A DNA stretch of 64,000 nt from positions 8,618,001 through 8,682,000 of the forward strand of contig OZ024749.1 of the NCBI GenBank assembly GCA_964016885.1, written 5' to 3'. Both the position numbers and the translations under genes were made by a program. Positions 56,414-64,000 of the stretch are shown here, one piece after another. The notes under the pieces were generated by a model. It did not search any database, was not told the origin of the DNA, and saw nothing but the letters and a program-made list of their open reading frames with translations. Position 1 is the stretch's first letter; each line of letters begins with the position of its first letter. This DNA is from Eledone cirrhosa. Taxonomy: Eukaryota.

Positions 56414-57042
56414 TAATGTTGGCTGGGAGATAATAAGGTCACCAATCTCTATCAATTTCCAAAACACGCGTGGCATGGTTGTGACAAAATCAAGGGGAGA
56501 TAATCAGGTCAGAGTGATATTGAAGGCCATTTAGTGAAACTATCGTTCACCAATCTCCAAAACTAACTCACGTGACATTGTTGGGACGAAACTAAGGGGA
56601 GATAATCAGGTCAGTTAGTGATATTGAAGGCAATTAGTAAAACTATTGGCATCACTGTTAATGTGATTTCTATTCTGAAATTAACATTAGTTACAATCTG
56701 TTAATTGACACATCCAATTTGCACAAATATCTAATTGCTAATTCAACTATTTTAGTTCAACAATATATAGTTCTTTTATTATTTTATTTTATTTTGTTAT
56801 TTTCTGTTTCTTTTTGTTTGTGTTGTTTCTATTATTTTTATTTTTTACTATTTTTTATTATTATTTCTTAAATTTACTATTTTTGTTGCTTTATTTTTGT
56901 GGGTTTTGTGGGGTCTTTGTTCGGTCTTTTATTTTGAGATTATAAGATATTTTGTTCTTTCTACAAATTGTTATTGTTTTAGTATTTGTTGGTTTTTAAT
57001 CGAATAGTAAAGAAATATATGTTATATATGCATACAAATATA

Positions 57043-57084
<42 letters not shown>

Positions 57085-57579
57085 CATATATATATATTTA
57101 TATGCATATATAACATATTACTATTCGATTAAAAACCAACAAATATATGTGTGTGTGTGTGTTAATGTTTTTGATATGTGTGTTTATGAGTATGTATATG
57201 TGTATATATGCATTACATATATGTGCGTGTATGTCTATGTATATCTATCTATCTATCTATCTATCTATATCTGTGTGTGTGTGTGTGTATGTGTGTGTGT
57301 GAGTGTGAGTGAGTGAGTGAGTGAGTGTGTGTGTCTATATACATATACGTATATGTATGTATGTGTCTATATATACATATATATATATATATATGTATGC
57401 ATGCACCTGTTTATGCATGTACGTGTTCATGCAGGCATATGTGTATGTGTATGTGCACGTGTGTGTGTGTGTAAGGCATATGTGTTTAGTTTTTTTGCTT
57501 TTGTGTTTGCGTTTCTTGTTCGTTTTACTTGTTCTGTTTTTATACAGCTAGAAATTAGAAAAACAAAGTTCTTTTCATA

Positions 57580-58970
57580 GTTATCGTTGTTGTTACTGTT
57601 GTTGTTACTGTTGTTATTGTTGTTACTGTTATTGTTATTCTTGTTGTTACTGTTGATATTATTGTAACTGTTGTTACTGTTGTTATTGTTTTCAATGTTA
57701 TTTTCTAAACAATCAGTTTTATCGATAAAAAAATACAATTTTCTTTTTTTTTATATTTTCCTGGAATTTTCCTTTTCTATTTTTTTTTTGTCTTTTCGTT
57801 TTCTCATAACTTTGTCAATTCAGTGTAAAAGATCAGATGATGATATGTTAGTGGTGGTGGTGGTGGTGGTGTTAGTCTTGTTGTTGTTGGTGGTGGTGAT
57901 GGTGGTGGGTGGTGGTGGTGTTAGTCTTGTTGTTGTTGTTGGTGGTGATGGTGGTGGGTGGTGGGTGGTGGTGGTGTTAGTCTTGTTGTTGGTGGTGGTG
58001 GCGTTAGTCTTGTTGTTGTTGGTGGTGGTGATGGTGGTGGTGATGGTGGTGGTGGTGGTGGTGGCGTTAGTCTTGTTGTTGGTGGTGGTATGGTGGTGGG
58101 TGGTGGTGGTGGCGTTAGTCTTGTTGTTGGTGGTGGTGATGGTGGTGGTGGTGGCGTTAGTCTTGTTGTTGGTGGTGGTGATGAGGTTGGTGTTGTTAGT
58201 GTTGTTGTTGCGGATGTTAAAATGCTTCTGTTTTTGTTATTGTTGTTGTTGTTGTTGCTGTTGCAATTTTTGTTAACGCGGTTGTTTTACTGGTGCTGTT
58301 ATTGCTGTTGTTGTTGTTGATGACGTTAGTGCTATTATTATTATTATTGTTGTTGTTGCTGATGTTAAAATGCTTCTTCTTTTGTTATTGTTTTTCTTAT
58401 TGTTATCCTTGTTAACTCGGTTGTTTTTATTTGTGTTGTTATTGCTGTTGTTGTTGCTGTTGTTAAAACGGTTGTTATTTGGTTAATTTTCTTGTTATTC
58501 TTGTTAAAAAGGTATTTTCTTAATTGGCGTTGTTATTGTTATTATTGCTGTTATTGTTGTTATTGTTGTTATTGCTGTTATTGTTGTTGTTATTGCTATT
58601 ATTGCTGTGGTTATATTTTTATTGTTTTTATTGTTTTTTTTATTGTTGATGGTTTATTTAGTGTGGTTATATTCTTATGTTTTTATTGTATTTATTGTTT
58701 TTATTGTTGATGCTTTTTTTTTATTTGTGTTGTTATTGTTGTTGTTGACTTGTTGCTGTTATTGTTTTTATTGATGTTATCGTTGTTGTTGTTGGTTTTG
58801 TTCTTATTGCTGACAGGTCTGTTGCTATTGGTGTTGTTATTGTTATTGTTTTTGCTGTTATTGTTGTTATTTGTGTTGTTATTAGTGTTGTTATTGTTGC
58901 TGTTATTGTTATTGGTGTTATTGTTATTCTTGTTGTTATTGTTTCTGTTATTGGTGCTGTTATTGTTGTT
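57580..58970. repeat. (GTT/GGT/ATT)n low-complexity tract
   Basis: Direct. Confidence 0.88.
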
Positions 58971-59099
58971 AATATGACTTCTTCGTAGTTATTATAATTG
59001 GGGTTGGTAATTATTATTATACGATCGCTACGTGGAAAATAAAAGACATTGGTATAAATAAAAGACATTGTTATCCTTCCGGAGTAGATAAAATATGGA

Positions 59100-59530
59100 T
59101 TCGGATTTAGTCACAAGGGGAAGAATTTAGGAGGAGGGGAATATCGATTAATTCGACCCCAGTGCATTACTGGTACTTTATTTTATCGACCCCGTAAGGA
59201 CGAAATGCAAAGCTAACCTCGGTGGGATTCGAACTCAGATCGTAGAGGACCGTAACTCTATGCTGCAGAGCAGGGTGCCCGGTGCTCTACCGAACCTGCC
59301 AATGAAAGTATAATAACGATAATAATTGTTTCTGATTTAGGCACAAGGCCAACCATTTTGAGGAGGGTAACTTCGATTAAATCGACCCCAGTGTGTCTCT
59401 GGTATTTTATTTTATCGACCCCATAAGGATGAAAGGCAAAGCTAAGCTCGGCCGAATTTGAACTGAGAACGTAAAGGGACGTAACTATACGACGTAAATT
59501 TTGTTGTCCGACGCTCTACTGGTACTGTCA
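59100..59530 (-). mobile_element. Two tandem SINE copies
   Basis: Two reverse-complement copies of the SINE core (about 59100-59302 and 59322-59530). Confidence 0.82.
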
Positions 59531-59646
59531 CTAACGGCCTGGACTACTTTTATAAACATATTACAAATACTATTGGTATAATATTACAAACACTATTGGC
59601 ATAAAGTCAAATATGTAAAATTTGGCTTCGTTTATTATAAATGTAT

Positions 59647-59697
59647 TGCTATATATATTTCGGTGACAGCCATCATTGACTGTGACTTCTTCAGGCA
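59647..59697 (-). ncRNA. Minimal type I hammerhead, probably in an old Penelope 3' remnant
   Basis: Minus strand: TGC CTGAAGA AGTC-ACAGTCA-ATGA-TGGCTGT-CACC GAAA TATATA TA^ GCA. Confidence 0.7.
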
Positions 59698-60458
59698 GTC
59701 CGAATTGGTGTGGAAAAGACAGGTACACATGTTGTTGAAGTGTGTTTCACTCTGTCAATACATCGATATATCCAGTTCCTGGGTGTGTTGTTAGTCCTCC
59801 GAGGAACTGGAATCATATGAGCTAGAACAAACGAATTTCAGCACCATAAGACACGCTCGGCTCAGTCAAAAGTCTATAGAAATTCTTCTGAGGAAAGTCA
59901 GCCTGTTATACTTGTTTTTATCAGAATGTTTAAGAACAGCTCACCTCTTTTACCGTGTTGGTAGTCGTAGTGGTGTTAAGAGGTCAGCTAGCAGGTCAAC
60001 TTTAGTACGCTGCTGCTATGGTCTGAAGAATTTATGTGTGTAGACTGGCATCTATCCTGCCACCATTTCACGTGGTGGGGGATGCCAAACAAATAAAGAA
60101 TGCGTGTGTGGTACAACCAATATCAACAATTTTGAAAAATATCAACTGAAATAAAAAAACTGTTTGTCAGAATCGAGAAGTGTAAAGAATTACAATTCTT
60201 ATTCTAGCATAGAGTAAGTACGTGTGATTGTCCGTCAGCGCGCACACGTATAAACCCAGGCTCGGTGCATCCACACAGTCTAACAAAAGATGGATGCGTT
60301 TTAAAAACAAATGAGGGAAAAGTGGAGTGAAAAATACCAAAATACCTAAGTGTAAAGGACTACAATTCCTATTTTAGCATAAAGTACATATGCGTGTATG
60401 TTTGTCACCGCACACCGTTGCAAGAACACACGCACAAACACAGGCTCATGTGCATTCC

Positions 60459-60493
<35 letters not shown>

Positions 60494-60495
<2 letters not shown>

Positions 60496-60838
60496 CAGCC
60501 TTTAGCTGTCCACTCCGGGTTTTTGGTAGAACGGAATCCTTGTTGATGAAATGAATCCTCTGTTCGATCATGGAATACCACGTGCGTGTCTGTTACGTAA
60601 GTTAGATATTTGATTTCGGATTCATGGAAACACTTTAAACGTTTATCGTTTGATTTGTCCAGGTGTATCTTTTTAACCTGTTAGGATTTGCCTACCGCAA
60701 TGTTCAATTTGTCAAGCTATTTAAACGTGTTATTACTCTAAGGACCTATCCTTATTGAGTGCTTTGCTAACTCATTCATATTGTAGGTCGACTTTGCTTG
60801 CCCACGGCCAAAGCTTTGATTTAACTAGCTTCCAATTG
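60494..60838 (+). mobile_element. Degenerate PLE pseudo-LTR remnant between TA tracts
   Basis: TGATGA 60544, stem ATGAATCC/GGATTCAT, GAAA 60627; ATTGAGTGCT at 60754. Confidence 0.45.
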
Positions 60839-60944
60839 TATATATATATATATACACACACACACATTTATATAGGTATATATTTATATAGGTATATATT
60901 TATATGCGTATATATATTATATACGTATATATATTATATGTTAA

Positions 60945-61175
60945 GTATTTCCGAAGAAAAAGCAAAGGAAAAAAAGAGTGCTCTATGTATAGAACAGAGC
61001 TATTTAATTAGAAAGTTAGCAACACAATATATAACTACTCCATTACCAAAGGTTTCTGAACCCTAGACAATATTAACATATGCCTAGATCGTTCATCAGA
61101 TATATATTAATATTGTTTAGAGTCCTGAAACCTTTGGTAATGAAGTAGTTATATATTGTGTTGTTCACTTTCTAA
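60945..61175 (-). mobile_element. Fold-back PLE pseudo-LTR remnant
   Basis: Hairpin 61008-61175 with HHR 3' half GAAACCTTTGGTA on both arms; tail of about 60 bp on the left. Confidence 0.6.
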
Positions 61176-61247
61176 ATATATTATGTGTGTTGGTGTGTGT
61201 TGGTGTGTGTTGGTGTGTGTTGGTGTGTGTTGGTGTGTGTTGGTGTG

Positions 61248-61291
<44 letters not shown>

Positions 61292-61704
61292 TGTTAGCCA
61301 ATGTACACTTAGAAAAACGGCCACATGCAACAGAGAAATACAATTATACCTCTCGTCAGCCACCACTTGGATATACAATTTCGAAAGAAATGGTAGGATT
61401 GCATTACTTTAGCCAGGTCGTATAACCTTTTTATAAATATCAAGTTGGAATGATGCATAAGACAAGACAATGACAAAGCAACCGAACGGAAAACAAACAA
61501 GCAGACGGTTTAAGCTTGACCGTTGCGCAACAAATTTTATATTACCTGCATACTACAGAAAGTTTTCCAAATTACTGTATGACATCACATCAAGGTGAAA
61601 AGTTATTCCTGTGACGACTTTATTAAGATGGCCAAAAAAACTGCTACTTACTAGATGTAACTAATAATATCTACTGTCGCTTAAATGGCGTTGTGTATAT
61701 ATAC

Positions 61705-61980
61705 ACATATACACCAGGTCCAAGCACAAAGGAACCAAATTTCCATTGTCACTGCCTCTGTCTCTTCCGCTCTCCCCATCTCACTTTTGTGAGCAAATGG
61801 CGGCCCACGCTCTCGCTGTACCACCGGCGGACAGAAGACGTTTCACCGGAGGATGGTGAGAGAGATGCTCTGGAAGAGCCAATCCAGCTCGCGAGGCTTA
61901 CATCTGCGGATAGCCAACTCTGTGCCGATGCTGGTAAGTAGGGTGTTGGACCTAGAGCCAAGGACACCAGAAGGCTCCTA
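61705..61980 (-). mobile_element. CRE-like non-LTR retrotransposon 3' end
   Basis: Minus strand: EPSGVLGSRSNTLLTSIGTELA..PRELDWLFQSISLTILR*N, followed by the 3' UTR. Confidence 0.7.
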
Positions 61981-62099
61981 GTCTGCTCTGCTACTGGATC
62001 AACGATTAGAGAATGACAAGTCTTAATCTTAGTCGTGCAGTATCAGACAATCAAAAGAATAGAGATAACGAATATTTGCCAGTTTCATCTGAAATATAT

Positions 62100-62380
62100 G
62101 GGGAAAGAAAAGCGACAATGGTGCTTGAAATCAATGGATATAAATTGCTTGCTCAAATATGTTTTAACTACCGAAGACATTAAACTGTTGCCACGATCTT
62201 ACAGTGATGAATGCGTAATGAGTTTAAAAAGAGCTTGAATTTGAACGTGTGAAGAAGTGGTATAATCACAAACCAAGATCAAAACATCCATGTAAATGTA
62301 TTATGGAAGTTGAACATTGAAACGCGTTAACAGACGGAACATTCACATTGTTATACCTAATAAAGAGATTAGAATGTGGT
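62100..62380 (+). mobile_element. Highly degenerate R4/Dong-like fragment
   Basis: Pieces KLLAQ..YRRH..VA, KWYNHKP and VLW across frames. Confidence 0.4.
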
Positions 62381-62802
62381 GACGTCATAATATACATTTC
62401 CTATGTCATTACCGCTTAATTATTCCTAAGGCTGTGATATATATATATATATACAACCAAACACTGTTAATTATATCATGATTTCATTTACACATGTTTC
62501 ATCCTATCGTAAGATCTAGATACCTCAACCGATACATCTCGTCTAACAACATAGCTATAGATAAATAGATAGATGTATTGGTGTGTGTGGGTATGTGTGA
62601 GTGTAAGCGTTTATGAGTGTGTATGTGTGCGTGTGTGTGTGCGTGTGCGTGTGCGTGTATGCACCTGTAATTCTAGATGGGGGTCGTAGCGGGTCCTAGG
62701 GGCGGCGTTGTGAAATGCAACATGTCTTGGGCATTTAAACCTGGTCACGCTCATCTCCTCTCAAAGTGTCTGATAACATCTCAACTGTATGCATTATATA
62801 TA

Positions 62803-62991
62803 GGGCGGTGGATTGGCAGTATCGGTGGAGGGTCGGACGCCATGCTTTCCAGCATAGTTACGTCCCTTCACGACCCGAGTTCAAATCCCGCCGAGGTTCA
62901 CTTCGCCTTTCATCCTTACGGGGTCGATACAATAAAGTACCAGTAATATACTGGGTTATTGTTGACCTTGTCCCTAAAGTAGAAACAATTA
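62803..62991 (+). mobile_element. tRNA-derived SINE, full length
   Basis: GGCGGTGGATTGGCAGTATCGG head, GAGTTCAAATCC B box, shared core and tail. Confidence 0.87.
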
Positions 62992-64000
62992 TATATATAT
63001 ATACATACATACATAAACACACACACACATATATTTATATATATATTTGTTTATATGTATATGTGTATAAATGTGTGTGGCATACATAATGCACACACGC
63101 ATATAAATATAGTATATGAGAAATAACGTCACCGAATTACTAAATTGTACGGCACCAAGTCACCTCACCACCGCACCACCCCATCTCCCAGCCATATAAG
63201 GTTAAAAAAACGACAAAGTTAACTTTTATGTATACTTTGTGAACTTGTTAGTAGGAATGGCACGAATAGTTGCAGAGAGAAAGTAAATAAAGAGAAATAA
63301 TGAGAGCCAAAGACGAACCCTAAACAAACAATAAAGGAACATAAACCAAAGAACAAACGAAGAAATAAAGGGAGGTAACAACGACAATAAGTATGCGAGC
63401 AAAATGAAATAAAATCTAGAACATGGAGGTGACACCCTCTCCACACCTCATAATATATATATACATATATATATATGTATATATATATTAATATTATGAG
63501 ATGTGGAGTTGGTGTATAAATATAGCGAACTAATTTTCCAACAATATTACTGCTATCACTTGAAAGAAAATTGTACACGGAAATATCAAAATTTCATATA
63601 TGTAATTATATACCTGGATAAACCGCGCGCGTGCGTGCGTGCGCGTATGTGTATGTACATATATATATATATATATATATATCATCTAGAACTATATATG
63701 AGTGTGTGTGTGTATGTATTGAGAGGGTGATAGATGCATAGATAGATAGAAAATGTGTGCGTGTGTGTGTATGTGTGTATACTATGTTATGTTACGAGTC
63801 CAGAAACTAAACTATTGATTAAGTCTCAGCCGATCCCTTTTTCCTGCTAACACAACAGTGTTCTCTCTCTCTGTATATATATATATATATATATATACAT
63901 ATATAAGGACTACATATATTTATATATACATATATATGCGTATGTGTGTATGTGTGCGTGTGCATGTATATGTATACACATCTATGTGTATATACGGGCG

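Noticed and set aside
56011-56534. Gly/Val-, Trp/Cys- or Gln/His-rich ORFs
   Set aside because: Trinucleotide repeat translations
56438-56650. Two-copy duplication of about 110 bp (similar case at 60178/60348)
   Set aside because: Ordinary diverged local duplications with no further signal

Overview
AT-rich eukaryotic, repeat-dominated window with no recognisable host gene. The SINE and LINE 3' ends resemble octopus/coleoid cephalopod repeats (inference). Nearly half of it is interrupted (TA)n microsatellite, which explains almost all of the long YI-repeat ORFs. Retroelements are inserted into or between these tracts: a 5'-truncated CR1-group LINE; an apparently intact Neptune-like Penelope-like element (PLE; RT + GIY-YIG) whose upstream ORF overlaps the RT frame at a T TTT TTA -1 slippery site; a 5'-truncated Naiad-like PLE with an inverted pseudo-LTR; and fragments of RTE, RTE-X, CRE and R4/Dong LINEs plus about ten tRNA-derived SINEs. 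The most striking signal is a hammerhead-ribozyme (HHR) ecosystem. A non-coding array of apparently identical 311-bp units, each with a type I HHR in a highly branched fold, looks like a retrozyme (circular RNA) concatemer with a central inversion. About ten further sequence-unrelated HHR or half-HHR elements also occur, and many share a fold-back-plus-tail architecture and an ATTGAGY-like motif near their (TA)n junction. All coordinates and pairings were read by eye; no searches or folding programs were run.
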